From assembly GCA_963698975.1 (NCBI GenBank), contig CAVOSV010000001.1, forward strand, positions 482,514-546,513: DNA of 64,000 nucleotides, given 5' to 3'. Made by a program: the position numbers and the translations under genes. Origin of the DNA: an uncultured Gemmatimonadales bacterium. Lineage in GTDB: Bacteria > Gemmatimonadota > Gemmatimonadetes > Gemmatimonadales > GWC2-71-9. Every line of letters begins with the position of its first letter. The first letter of the stretch is position 1. Under the pieces are notes generated by a model that was not told where the DNA came from, made no database searches, and saw nothing but the letters and a program-made list of their open reading frames with translations. Of the stretch, positions 1 through 8,415 are shown piece by piece.

Positions 1-640
1 GAATCACGTCAGGATCCTGCCGCAGCACATGACGGAGCGCCATGCCGAAGGAGATCGTGTCGTTCCCCACCTCGCGCTGGGAGATATTGGACTGCACGTC
101 GCGATGGAGGAACTCGATCGGGTCTTCGATGGTGATCATGTTGACCCGGCGGTTCTGGTTGATGTGGTTGATCATCGAGGCCAGGGCCGTGGATTTCCCG
201 GACCCGGTTACCCCGGTCACCAGCACCAGACCACGGGGACGCAAGGCGATCTCTTCCAGCACGGCCGGCAGATTCAGCTCCCGAACGGTCTTTACCTCAT
301 AGGGGATGGCACGCAAGGCAAAGGCGAGCGTGCCCCTCTGCTGGTAGATATTGGTTCGGAACCGTCCCACCCCGGGAACGCCAATGGCAAAGTCCGCTTC
401 CTTCTTCTCGGCGAACTCCTTGACCTGACGCGGCGTCATGATCTGCTCTGCCAACAGCTTCAGGTCCTCCGGCTTCACCGGCGGCATCTCCAGAGCGTGC
501 AGCTCCCCGTTCAGCCGAACCGTGGGGGGCCGACCGACCTTCAGCAGCAAATCGGAGGCGTTCCGCTGGACCATCTGAGAGATGGCCTGCTTGAAATTGA
601 AGCTGGACTGGGAGGAGGATGGCGCTTTCGCGTCAGCCAT
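1..640 (-). CDS. pilT: Type IV pilus retraction ATPase PilT, N-terminal ~213 codons (gene runs off the window start)
   Basis: Absent from the ORF track because it is open at the window edge. My minus-strand translation from ATG 640-638 reads [10 protein letters not shown]...[18 protein letters not shown]...[24 protein letters not shown]...[11 protein letters not shown]...ISQREVG. This contains a Walker A (GSGKST) and a PilT-type layout. Confidence 0.85.
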   Translation of the reverse strand, partial: MADAKAPSSSQSSFNFKQAISQMVQRNASDLLLKVGRPPTVRLNGELHALEMPPVKPEDLKLLAEQIMTPRQVKEFAEKKEADFAIGVPGVGRFRTNIYQQRGTLAFALRAIPYEVKTVRELNLPAVLEEIALRPRGLVLVTGVTGSGKSTALASMINHINQNRRVNMITIEDPIEFLHRDVQSNISQREVGNDTISFGMALRHVLRQDPDVI

Positions 641-1157
641 TAGGATCGACCCGGAAGAGCACCTGCCCGAATTCCACCGGCTGACTGTCTTCCACCAAAA
701 TCTCGCGTACAGTGCCGGCGATTTCGGCCTCGATCTCATTCATGATTTTCATCGCTTCGATGATGCACACGGTCTGGCCTGGAGTTACCCGGTTGCCCAC
801 CTTGATGTAGGCCTCGGCGCCGGGCTCTGGGGCCTTGTAAAATGTGCCCACCATGGGCGAGCGGATCTCCTTGAGCTGCGGCGCCGTGGTGGCTGGCCGC
901 GGCGGGGCTTCTCGATGCTCCTGATCCATGAGCCGGAGCGGCCGCCACGACCACCGGTGCCGCGGCGGCAGCCGGGGAGCGGTTGTCCGGGTGATCACCA
1001 CGCCGGTGCCGAACCACCCCTTCACCTCGATCGAGCCGATCTCCGGCGTTTCCCGTAGCAGCTGGGCCAGGCGCTTTACATCCTTGAGATCGATGGAGTG
1101 AATGCCCGGCACGTTTTGCAGGAGCTCGGCGAGTTCCTGCATCTCTTGTGGGCTCAT
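633..1157 (-). CDS. accB: Biotin carboxyl carrier protein of acetyl-CoA carboxylase
   Basis: 174 aa. C-terminal biotinyl domain has SPMVGTFY...[15 protein letters not shown] (the EAMKxxN biotinylation motif). The stop overlaps the pilT start by 8 nt. Confidence 0.9.
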   Translation of the reverse strand: MSPQEMQELAELLQNVPGIHSIDLKDVKRLAQLLRETPEIGSIEVKGWFGTGVVITRTTAPRLPPRHRWSWRPLRLMDQEHREAPPRPATTAPQLKEIRSPMVGTFYKAPEPGAEAYIKVGNRVTPGQTVCIIEAMKIMNEIEAEIAGTVREILVEDSQPVEFGQVLFRVDPNG

Positions 1158-1714
1158 ACGCGGGTCAAGTACTTGTCTTCGCGGCGGTCGACCCGGATCA
1201 CCTGGCCCTCCTCGATGAAAAGCGGCACCTGCACGGTGGCACCCGTCTCCAGGGTGGCCGGTTTGGTTCCGCCGGTAGCGGTATCACCCCGGATGCCCGG
1301 GGCGGTTCGGGTGACGGTCAGCTCCACGAAAGAGGGGAGCTCCACGGTGATCACCCGATCGTTGTGGACCAGACCTTCACATTCCATCCCTTCCTTCAGG
1401 TACTTCAGTTGATCCTGCCCGATCAACTCGTCCGTCAGCATGATGTCGTCGAACGTTTGCTGATCCATGAAGTGATAGAAGTGACCGTCGGCATACGAGA
1501 ACTGCAGCGCCCGGCGCTCCAGCCGAACGTCGTTGACCCGCTCTCCAGCGGTGTAGGTCCGGTCGATGACCGCGCCCGTTCGGATGTTCTTGAGCTTGGT
1601 TCTGACAAAGGCGCCGCCCTTGCCTGGCTTGACGTGCTGGAAGTAGACCAGCTGAAACAGCTGACCCTCGATCTCGAGAACGAGCCCGTTTCTGAAGTCG
1701 GCGGTAGATGCCAT
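1154..1714 (-). CDS. efp: Translation elongation factor P
   Basis: 186 aa reading [47 protein letters not shown]..., the typical EF-P N-terminus with the KPGKG loop. It shows the conserved accB-efp adjacency. Confidence 0.93.
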   Translation of the reverse strand: MASTADFRNGLVLEIEGQLFQLVYFQHVKPGKGGAFVRTKLKNIRTGAVIDRTYTAGERVNDVRLERRALQFSYADGHFYHFMDQQTFDDIMLTDELIGQDQLKYLKEGMECEGLVHNDRVITVELPSFVELTVTRTAPGIRGDTATGGTKPATLETGATVQVPLFIEEGQVIRVDRREDKYLTRV

Positions 1715-1732
1715 GATTATGAGCTCGAGAGT

Positions 1733-2823
1733 CTAGACCAGTTCAAGCAGATCGGTCCGGCCGTCCGACAAGCACTCGGCGCCCCCGGGACCCAGATACA
1801 CATCGTCTTCCAAGCGTATTCCACCCCACCCCGGAAAATAGATACCAGGCTCTACCGTGACCACGGCATGGACCGGCAACGTCGCTTCGGAGCTGGACGA
1901 AAGCCGGGGAGCCTCATGCACTTCGAGCCCAAGTCCATGCCCCAGAGAGTGCCCAAAAGCTTCGCCGAATCCCCGGGTGGTGATCACCTCGCGGGCCAGG
2001 GCGTCGGCTTCACGGCCGGTCATTCCCGGGTCTCAGGTGCTCGATAGCCCTTCGTTGAGCCGACTGCACCACCCCGTGAATCAACCGTTGCCGCTCGTCG
2101 GCCCTGGCCCCCACCACCATGGTTCGGGTCAGATCGGCGCAGTACCCATCCACCTGCGCACCGAAGTCCACCAGCAGAAGGTCTCCCGGCGTCAACCGGC
2201 CGCGGGCTGGTGCGGGCGTGCGGCAGGGCGGACCGCTGACCCGACGCGACAATGGTCGGGAACGGGTGCCATTGGCTCCCTCGTTGGCGCAGGACGCGCT
2301 CTAGCTCTGAGCCAATCTCCAGTTCGGTTTGGCCCACCCGAATTCGAGGCAGTACCTCAGCCAAAGCCTCCTGGGCCAGCTCTGCCGCTGACCTGATCGC
2401 CGCGACTTCATCCGGCGATTTGACCTCCCGCTGACGCTCGACGAGCTCACCGGTGGGCACCAGGCGGGCCGGGGTCAACCCGCTGAGCCGCTCGGCATCC
2501 TTCACGCTCATGACGTGCGCTTCGATCCCGAGCCGCTCGATCCGGTCGTCGTGCAGCACCCTGCCCAGACGGTCCCACACGCTGCGTTGATCGATCTCGA
2601 CCACTGCCGATCCGCCGACCTCGGCCGGCGCCTGTGCCGCATACCTGAAATCCGAGACCAGGACGGTGGCATCGTTCCTGACCAGCAACACCGCGGCCGA
2701 GCCAGTGAAGCCGGTGAGGTAGCGAATATTGGGCAGGTGAGTGATAACCAGCCCGTCCAGCCCCTCCGCCTCCAACGCCAGCCTGAGCCCGGTTTGCCGC
2801 TCGATCCGGCGGTCAGCCGGCAC
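1733..2823 (-). pseudogene. pepP: Xaa-Pro aminopeptidase (M24B, PepP-like) split over three reading frames
   Basis: Three ORF pieces, 2020..2823, 2010..2252 and 1733..2023, join into one M24 peptidase: ...ALPHARTSPR|RLTPGDLLLVDFGAQVDGYCADLTRT...EHLRPG|MTGREADALAREV...GHSLGHGLGLEVHEAP...VEPGIY. The frame changes lie near 2200-2210 and 2024. Each is consistent with one extra base. Confidence 0.75.
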
Positions 2824-3250
2824 GGAGCCGACCCATCAGCGCCTGCAAGGCCAGCAGATAGCTTTGTGCGCCGAACCCGGTCACCATGCCGAGTGCGAGG
2901 TCCGCTATGACCGAATGCCTGCGCTCAGGCTCCCGAGCAAAAATGTTGGACAGGTGAAGCTCGACGAAGGGTACCCGCACCGCCAGCAGCGCGTCACGGA
3001 GCGCCAGGCTTGAATGCGTCAGCGCCGCCGCATTGATCAGCGCCCCGTCGGCTCGCCCTCGTAACCGCTGGACCGCCTCGACCATTTCACCTTCGTGATT
3101 GGTCTGGAACCAATCGATCTCGGCGTCGAGGGGCTTGGCCGCTTCCCGGACCATGGCTTCGATGTCCGCCAGACTGGTGCGGCCGTACAGTTCCGGTTCC
3201 CTCTGCCCCAGCAGATTGAGGTTGGGGCCGTTGAGCACGGCGACGCGCAT
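2813..3250 (-). CDS. aroQ: 3-dehydroquinate dehydratase, type II
   Basis: 145 aa reading MRVAVLNGPNLNLLGQREPELYGRTSLADIE...HLSNIFAREPERRHS, the classic type II DHQase signature. Confidence 0.92.
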   Translation of the reverse strand: MRVAVLNGPNLNLLGQREPELYGRTSLADIEAMVREAAKPLDAEIDWFQTNHEGEMVEAVQRLRGRADGALINAAALTHSSLALRDALLAVRVPFVELHLSNIFAREPERRHSVIADLALGMVTGFGAQSYLLALQALMGRLRAG

Positions 3251-4750
3251 TCAGCGCTTGAGGTTTTGCAACCAGGACTGGAACTGATCCAGATCGTCCT
3301 TGCTTGGGTCGCCTTCTTTGTTCCCCGAAGAGGAGCCCGGGTTTGCAGCGTTGAAGAAGTCGTCAAAGGAGACGGTGTCCGGCGAGCCTGCGGACGGGGG
3401 AGCCGAACCGGCTGCGGCAGCTCCAACGTTTGCCGGTGCACCATCCTGGGCTGCATCCGCCGAGCCCACGGGGGACGCCGAACTTCCCGCTGGTCGAGCT
3501 GAAAGCAGGCTCTGAAAAAATGCGACGACCGACTGCCCCTTTGTCTCTCGCACCGAATACGACCGCCGGGTGGGTTCCTGGGTCGGGGAGGGCTCCGGTA
3601 CGGCTACTGGAGGCTGGGCCAGGGGAGCCTCAGGTAGCTGGGGCAGACTTCTGCAATTCAGAAGGCGTCTCCACTTCCGGAGGGGCTTCCAACGCCGGCG
3701 ATGTCGCCATCTCGATATCGGGCCAGGCCGGAGCCGGGGGAGTCCCCGCGGCATCCATGAAATTCCTCGGCGGCATTGGGCACTCGAAACTCAGAGGCCC
3801 CCGAGCTCTGCAGTTCGACCTCCTCGGCGGGTTCGACCCCGAGATCCTCCTCCAGTTCCGGAGTTTTGGCCGACTCCAAAGATTCAGCGGAGCCGTAATC
3901 GTGAGCCAGCTCCGGGTGCAGGTGGTACGAGCCCTCCTTGGGAGGGACGAACTCCTCGCTGATGAGGCCGGGAAGAGGGAGCGGCTCCTCCGTCAGATCG
4001 TCCGGCTCGGGAGGAGTAGCCGCCTGGGCCGGTTCGGTGTTCTGCGGAGGTACCGCAATATCGAGAAACTGGAGCTCCGACGAAGCCTTCGGCTCAGCGA
4101 TAGCAGCGGTCAAATCCATCAGACCATCCGGAGCCGACTTTGTTTCGGTCAGTGTTGGTTCGGGAGGGGTTTCTTCGGAGGTTTCGACTCCGGCCGTGTT
4201 GCTTCAGGAGACTTTGCGCCAGATGCCGTTGCAGGAGAAGGCTCTCGTTCGGTTTCGGCTATCACCGGTTCTGCCGTCTTTTCAGTCGGCTCGGGTGCAG
4301 TCGTTGGGCGGGACGGGTGTCTTGGCATCAGCGGCAACCGGCTGCTGTTTAGCGGTCTCGATCCGGGCGAGCTGTTGGCGGGCCTCCTCGTTGCTCCGAT
4401 CTACCGCGATCAGCCGGTTCAGCCATCGCTGGGCATCGCTGAAGCGGCCCAACCGCTCGTTGATGTCGGCCAGAGATTTGAGGGCGATGACGTTTTCATC
4501 GTCCAGCCGAAGTACATGGGAGAATGCGGCCTCGGCCGCCGGTAGGTCTCCCAAGTCCCAGTGGCAACGGCCGAGCACGATGCTGGCCGGTATGTAGTTC
4601 GGATGAAGCTCGAGCCCTGCCTTCAACAGTTCCAGGGCTCGTGCGACTTCTCCGTTTTTGCGATGGACTTCGGCCAAGAGGAGCAAAGGTCAGCCCTTGA
4701 GGGTTCTCGGCGTACCGACGCTCCAGCTTTTCAATTTCCGTCGTGGCCAT
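3251..4750 (-). pseudogene. TPR-repeat protein with an acidic/Pro-rich linker and a conserved-looking C-terminus; frame apparently interrupted several times
   Basis: Chain of overlapping minus-strand ORF pieces (4496..4750, 4282..4686, 4149..4337, 3658..4119, 3251..3754). The N-terminus MATTEIEKLERRYAENPQGLTFAPL continues naturally as LAEVHRKNGEVARALELLKAGLELHPNY only after a 1-nt shift near 4675-4682. Further shifts are suggested near 4310, 4190, 3757-3762 and 3631. The alternative is several separate small genes. Confidence 0.5.
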
Positions 4751-4939
4751 CGGTTCCCGGATCTTCAGGTCAGAACTGCTGGGGGAATCACGGCTTCTCT
4801 GCTGCGGGAAGTACGGTGAGAGTAGTTGGCGGCCCTCTGTGTGTCAACTGCTAAGCAGAATGGCGCCTTGAGGTTCTGCGCTGCCGGCCTTAAGCTTCAG
4901 CCTCGTCGCACATCTCTCGGTCGGAGCCTCGATTCAGCT

Positions 4940-6772
4940 ATGATGCAAGCCTTTCGGAACGCGGCCAAGCCCCTCATGGTCGTGGTGGCCATTACCTTCT
5001 TTGCCTGGTTGGTGCTGGACCTGAGCGGAATTACCGGCGGCACCGGCCTGTTGACCCAGACCTCCGTCGGCAAGATCAACGGGCGAAGTATCGATGCCCG
5101 CACCTATCAGAATATCGTCCAGCAGTCGATAGACGCCCGCCAGCGGCAGAGTCCCGGAGCGATGGGCCTGGATGACTACCAGCAGGTCCGCGACGAGGTC
5201 TGGGACCAGATTGTTCAGAACAGCGTGCTCGATGCCGAGTACCGCCGTCGCGGCATTAGCGTCAGCGAAGATGAAGTGGTGCAGGCTATCCGGACATCTC
5301 CCCTGCCCGAGTTCCAAAAAGTCCCCGAATTCCAGACCGATAGCCAGTTTGATCTGGCCAAGTACCAGCGGTGGCTCACGTCCAGTGTCGCCCAACAGTA
5401 TCTCCCCAGCCTCGAGGCCCAGTATCGGGATGAGCTCCAACGGGCCAAGCTTCTCCGGCTGGTGACCTCGGATATCTACCTGTCTGATGCTGCGCTCTGG
5501 GAGCGATACCGGGACGAGCATGAAATGGTGAAGATCGGTCTCACGGCTATCGTCCCCCGCAATGCTGTGCCCGATTCCTCCATCCGGGTAAGCGATGCGG
5601 AATTGGCCTCGTACTACAAGGCCCACCGGGACGAATTTCAGCGTCCGAAGACAGCATACCTGAGCTACGTTGCGCTGCCGCGCATGGCTACCTCCGCGGA
5701 CACGGCCGCCGTACGGGCGCGGGCTGATTCCGCCCGCCAGGAAATCCTGCACGGTGCTCCGTTCGCTGAGGTGGCCGGCCGTGAGTCGGCGGATAGCGCC
5801 ACTGCCGGGAAGGGTGGCGATCTGGGTGAGTGGACCAAGGGCGCGATGGATCCTGCCTTCGACTCCGCGGCGTTTGCGCTGCCCTTGCACACGGTTTCAG
5901 CCCCAGTCCTCTCGCAGTTCGGCTTGCATATCATCGAGATTACCAGCCGCAAGGGAAACAAGGCCAAAGGTCGTCACATCCTGTTCCCCATCGAAGTCAC
6001 CGGAGCACACCGCGATCAGCTGGACGCTCAAGCCGATAGCCTGGAGCATCTCGGCGCCGAGCGGAGCGATCCCGCGGCGCTCGATACCGTGGCCCGCGCC
6101 CTGAAGCTCAGGATCGGGCACACCCCCCCCGTTCAGCAAGGCACCAAGGTCCAACTCGGCCCATTAGTAGTGCCCGATGCGGGGGTCTGGGCCTTTCAGG
6201 CCAAGCCTGGCGCAACCAGCCCGGTGATTGAAACGTCGTTCGCCTATTACATCTTCCGGCTGGATAGCCTTCACGACGCCGGGGTGCCGACGCTGGCCGA
6301 GATCCGCCCCGCGGTAATGTCTGCCACCCGCGACCAGAAGAAGTGGGCCGCGGCCCGGCAGCTGGCAAAGGACTACTTGAAACGGGTCGAGGGAGGGAGT
6401 TCCTTGGCCCAGGCCGCCGCGGCCATGAAGCTACCCCATCGCGAGTTCGGGCCTTTTAGCCGCATCAATCCTCCACTCACTAATCCGGTTGTGGTCGGCA
6501 CCGCGTTTGGACTGAAGGAGGGAGAGCGGAGCGGTGTTCTCGATACCAAAGACGGTATTTACGTCATCGAGACGCTGCAGCACGTCAAAGCCGATTCAGC
6601 CAAATTCGCCAAAGACCTGGAGCAATACCGCGCCCGGCTGATCAACGTGGCAAAACAGGAGCGGGTGAGGAACTATCTCACCGCGCTCCGTAAGTCGGCC
6701 AAGATCGTGGATAACCGGGCCAAGGTCCTGCAGCAATCGGGATCACCGCAGGCGCAGCAGGCGGGGGTGTGA
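4940..6772 (+). CDS. ppiD: Periplasmic chaperone / peptidyl-prolyl isomerase, PpiD-like
   Basis: Start taken at MMQAFRNAAKPLMVVVAITFFAWLVLDLSG, an N-terminal TM anchor. It has a SurA-like N-domain and a parvulin domain (GGDLGEWTKGAMDPAFDSAAFALP...FGLHIIEI). The ORF-track start at 4826 is probably too early. Confidence 0.8.
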   Translation: MMQAFRNAAKPLMVVVAITFFAWLVLDLSGITGGTGLLTQTSVGKINGRSIDARTYQNIVQQSIDARQRQSPGAMGLDDYQQVRDEVWDQIVQNSVLDAEYRRRGISVSEDEVVQAIRTSPLPEFQKVPEFQTDSQFDLAKYQRWLTSSVAQQYLPSLEAQYRDELQRAKLLRLVTSDIYLSDAALWERYRDEHEMVKIGLTAIVPRNAVPDSSIRVSDAELASYYKAHRDEFQRPKTAYLSYVALPRMATSADTAAVRARADSARQEILHGAPFAEVAGRESADSATAGKGGDLGEWTKGAMDPAFDSAAFALPLHTVSAPVLSQFGLHIIEITSRKGNKAKGRHILFPIEVTGAHRDQLDAQADSLEHLGAERSDPAALDTVARALKLRIGHTPPVQQGTKVQLGPLVVPDAGVWAFQAKPGATSPVIETSFAYYIFRLDSLHDAGVPTLAEIRPAVMSATRDQKKWAAARQLAKDYLKRVEGGSSLAQAAAAMKLPHREFGPFSRINPPLTNPVVVGTAFGLKEGERSGVLDTKDGIYVIETLQHVKADSAKFAKDLEQYRARLINVAKQERVRNYLTALRKSAKIVDNRAKVLQQSGSPQAQQAGV

Positions 6773-6818
6773 TGTAAGCGGGAGGCCCGGAAGCGGGAGG
6801 CTGGAAAGGCAAAATAAA

Positions 6819-6848
6819 GCCCCGAGACACATCGTCCCGGGGTTTTTG
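6819..6848. terminator. Bidirectional intrinsic terminator between convergent ppiD and tatA
   Basis: Hairpin CCCCGAGA-cacatcg-TCCCGGGG (one mismatch) followed by TTTTT on the + strand. It is preceded by AAAATAAAG, which gives a T-tract on the - strand. Confidence 0.7.
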
Positions 6849-6890
6849 CTTGCTTCATTTCCTCGCTTATCGTCCTGCACGCCTCCCGGT

Positions 6891-7145
6891 TTATTGCGAC
6901 AACCGCTTTGGCTCTCCCGAGGTCGGACTGGGATTGGGCTGCTGAGTGTCCGGCAGCCGGGGCGGCAGGTTTTGCCGCTGCTCGTCGGTGTTCATGATCG
7001 CATCCTGCGTGTCGGCAATACTCCGCTTGAACTCTCGAATGCCCTTTCCGATCGAGGAGCCCATCTCCGGCAGCCGCTTGGCGCCAAAGAGCAGCAGTAC
7101 GACCAGCAAGATGACCAGAATCTCCCACATCCCGAGGTTTCCCAC
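6891..7145 (-). CDS. tatA: Twin-arginine translocase subunit TatA/E
   Basis: 84 aa reading MGNLGMWEILVILLVVLLLFGAKRLPEMGSSIGKGIREFK, the canonical TatA TM helix, hinge and amphipathic helix. Confidence 0.9.
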   Translation of the reverse strand: MGNLGMWEILVILLVVLLLFGAKRLPEMGSSIGKGIREFKRSIADTQDAIMNTDEQRQNLPPRLPDTQQPNPSPTSGEPKRLSQ

Positions 7146-7153
7146 AGGTCCTC

Positions 7154-7426
7154 CTAGAAAAGCGACCGCGCGATCAGGTAAGCCACCAGGACCCCGACGA
7201 GACTCAGAATCGAGACATGCAGCCCGATGGGACCCAAAGTGAAGTCTACCACCAGGAGGTCCATCGAGATAGGTCCGAAACGGGGGGTCCAGGTGCTGGT
7301 GAGAAAGGTCCGGGCGGCGCTATCGGGAAGGCTTTGGCGGAACAGCGATGTCAGGGCTCCGCCCACAATGAACCCGACAATCAGAACCCCGACATAGAAG
7401 CGTGGGCGATGGGGGCCGCTTGGCAT
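7154..7426 (-). CDS. Small membrane protein, DUF4321-like
   Basis: 90 aa with two hydrophobic spans. The pattern LGPIGLHVSILSLVGVLVAYLIARSLF resembles the DUF4321 family as I recall it. No search was run. Confidence 0.55.
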   Translation of the reverse strand: MPSGPHRPRFYVGVLIVGFIVGGALTSLFRQSLPDSAARTFLTSTWTPRFGPISMDLLVVDFTLGPIGLHVSILSLVGVLVAYLIARSLF

Positions 7427-8415
7427 CAGCTCCTGCGATCGATGACGTAGGTGATGCTCGCCCTTAATGCCTCACGAGCGACAGAAGGCTGCAGCAGGTC
7501 GAGCTCCGTATCCGCCTGTTGGGCCAGCTGGAGCGCGCGTTCCCGGGCGTAGTCCAGTCCGCCGGCGCGGCTCACGGCCTGGATCACCTCGGCAATCAGA
7601 GCATCACCCGGCTCTGGCGAGCGCAGCAGGCGGGAGACGGCACGCCGCTCCCCCTCCCCCATGTTCGGCAACGCGGCAATGAGGGGAAGCGTAACCTTGT
7701 GCTCGCGCAGGTCGGAGCCGAATGGCTTGCCGGTGACTGATGCATCCTCCGTATAGTCGAGCAGGTCGTCAACGATCTGAAACGCCATTCCCAGGGCCTC
7801 GCCAAACCGACGGAGCGCCTCCCGCTCTGCCGGACTCGCCTGAAGCGCGCCGATCTCGCACGAACCGGCAACCAGCGAGGCTGTCTTTGCCCGGATGAGC
7901 AGGTTGTACTCCGACTCGGAGAATTCCAGTGGATCATGGGCCAGGAGTTGCCGCATCTCACCGATTGTCATCTCGTTGGTCACCCGGCTCAACACCCGCA
8001 GGGGTTCGAGGTCGTTCAGACCCACCAGCTCAATCACGGCCCGGGAGTAGAGGTAGTCTCCCATGATGACCGATATCTGATGGCTGAATAGCGAGTTGAT
8101 GGTGGGCATCCCCCGGCGAAGCACCGAGTGGTCTACGGAATCATCGTGAACCAGGGTGGCAAGGTGGATCAGCTCAACCACGGCACCGAGGGTCGTTGCT
8201 CGGGTGTCGGTGCTGCCGGTGGCCTCTTCCGCCAGGAGCAGGAGTGTGGGGCGGAACATCTTCCCCTGCATCTGAAACAGATGCGAATTAACCCGGGTGA
8301 TCAGTCCGAAGTCAGCCTCGACGATGCGCCGAAGTTCCTGCTGCACCCGCTCCAGGCGGGGGCGAAGGGGTTGCTGCAGCTCGGCGAGAGAAATAGGGGC
8401 GGTCTGATGACTCAC
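7426..8415 (-). CDS. Long-chain polyprenyl diphosphate synthase (octaprenyl/heptaprenyl type)
   Basis: 329 aa. First Asp-rich motif is LVHDDSVDHSVLRRG and the second is QIVDDLLDY. This is the trans-isoprenyl diphosphate synthase fold. Confidence 0.88.
   Translation of the reverse strand: MSHQTAPISLAELQQPLRPRLERVQQELRRIVEADFGLITRVNSHLFQMQGKMFRPTLLLLAEEATGSTDTRATTLGAVVELIHLATLVHDDSVDHSVLRRGMPTINSLFSHQISVIMGDYLYSRAVIELVGLNDLEPLRVLSRVTNEMTIGEMRQLLAHDPLEFSESEYNLLIRAKTASLVAGSCEIGALQASPAEREALRRFGEALGMAFQIVDDLLDYTEDASVTGKPFGSDLREHKVTLPLIAALPNMGEGERRAVSRLLRSPEPGDALIAEVIQAVSRAGGLDYARERALQLAQQADTELDLLQPSVAREALRASITYVIDRRS

Noticed and set aside
736-1017. An alternative frame inside accB encodes an Ala/Pro-rich stretch ([16 protein letters not shown]...). 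It looks more like a typical BCCP linker than the annotated Arg/Trp-rich linker, which hints at a compensated double frameshift.
   Set aside because: My hand count of third-position GC over the linker is ~87% for the annotated frame against ~65% for the alternative. The annotated frame is also uninterrupted from N-domain to biotinyl domain. I kept the annotated frame.
4204-4284. Two in-frame TGA codons (4284-4282 and 4206-4204) lie in the frame shared by the TPR piece and the 3658..4119 piece. This raises the idea of TGA read-through or recoding instead of frameshifts.
   Set aside because: TGA is clearly used as an ordinary stop elsewhere in the window (accB, radC, rel, pal and others). The inter-stop translation (KDGRTGDSRNRTRAFSCNGIWRKVS) does not match the acidic/Pro-rich character of the flanks, whereas the shifted frame does. 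I saw no SECIS-like element.
3430-4545. Long + strand ORFs antisense to real genes, for example 3430..4545 (371 aa), 13572..14657 (361 aa), 22929..24206 (425 aa), 27679..28800 (373 aa), 38220..39179 (319 aa) and 56174..57280 (368 aa).
   Set aside because: Their translations are Arg/Gly/Pro-rich with no recognisable motifs. Each lies exactly opposite a confidently identified - strand gene. Stop-poor antisense frames are expected in GC-rich DNA.
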